Below, piece by piece: positions 63,988 through 64,000 of a stretch of 64,000 bases of DNA; position 1 is the stretch's first letter, and each line of letters opens with the position of its first letter. The notes under the pieces were generated by a model. It saw only the letters and a list, made by a program, of their open reading frames with translations. It ran no database searches and was not told the origin of the DNA. This DNA is from a virus (taxonomy: Duplodnaviria; Heunggongvirae; Uroviricota; Caudoviricetes). The DNA lies in the IMG/VR virus record IMGVR_UViG_3300010403_000021, positions 1 through 64,000 of that record, one strand, 5' to 3'. The translations under genes and the position numbers were made by a program.

Positions 63988-64000
63988 TAATAGTCTGCCT

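Noticed and set aside
1-64000. CRISPR array, rRNA, integrase/transposase, classic TA pairs
   Set aside because: No spacer-repeat arrays, no rRNA-like conserved blocks, and no ORF with tyrosine/serine recombinase or DDE motifs detected

Overview
Coordinates are my own counts from the printed sequence (expect +/-1-2 nt on RNA ends and refined starts). Essentially every credible gene is on the + strand. Positions 1 to ~52.5 kb are AT-rich (~35-40% GC by eye) DNA of a large tailed phage: rIIA/rIIB-like pair, two tail-fibre genes, free-standing HNH and LAGLIDADG endonucleases, many tiny Zn-ribbon/membrane ORFs. It carries about 30 tRNA genes or tRNA-like elements scattered in small clusters. It also holds an unusually rich RNA-centred gene set: a Ro60/Rsr (TROVE+vWA) orthologue behind a promoter-driven ~440-nt non-coding leader with a tRNA-like module (candidate Y-RNA); a Thg1-like 3'-5' polymerase; a T4-type Pnkp + Rnl1 tRNA-repair pair beside a minimal nucleotidyltransferase and an HNH endonuclease; a SpoU-class RNA 2'-O-methyltransferase; and a cytidine/adenosine-deaminase-fold protein, together with a phage tRNA-Arg(ACG). 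At least 10 copies of a promoter consensus TTGAC(A/T)-N17-TAGACT (an actinobacterial TANNNT -10) occur, three placed exactly for leaderless translation. A WhiB-like gene is present, so the host is probably a low-GC actinobacterium. From ~52.5 to ~63.6 kb the composition switches abruptly to ~55-58% GC. This 11-kb island holds small hypothetical genes, a type-I phosphoribosyltransferase followed by an AT-rich 113-nt extended tRNA-like gene, a Fic/Doc-family protein (HPFIDGNGR), and a ~1.3-kb ORF-free structured region with repeated CGTTGGGG(TGG) motifs. An imperfect direct repeat marks the left boundary and a 15-bp perfect inverted repeat the right one. No CRISPR array, rRNA, integrase or transposase was seen.
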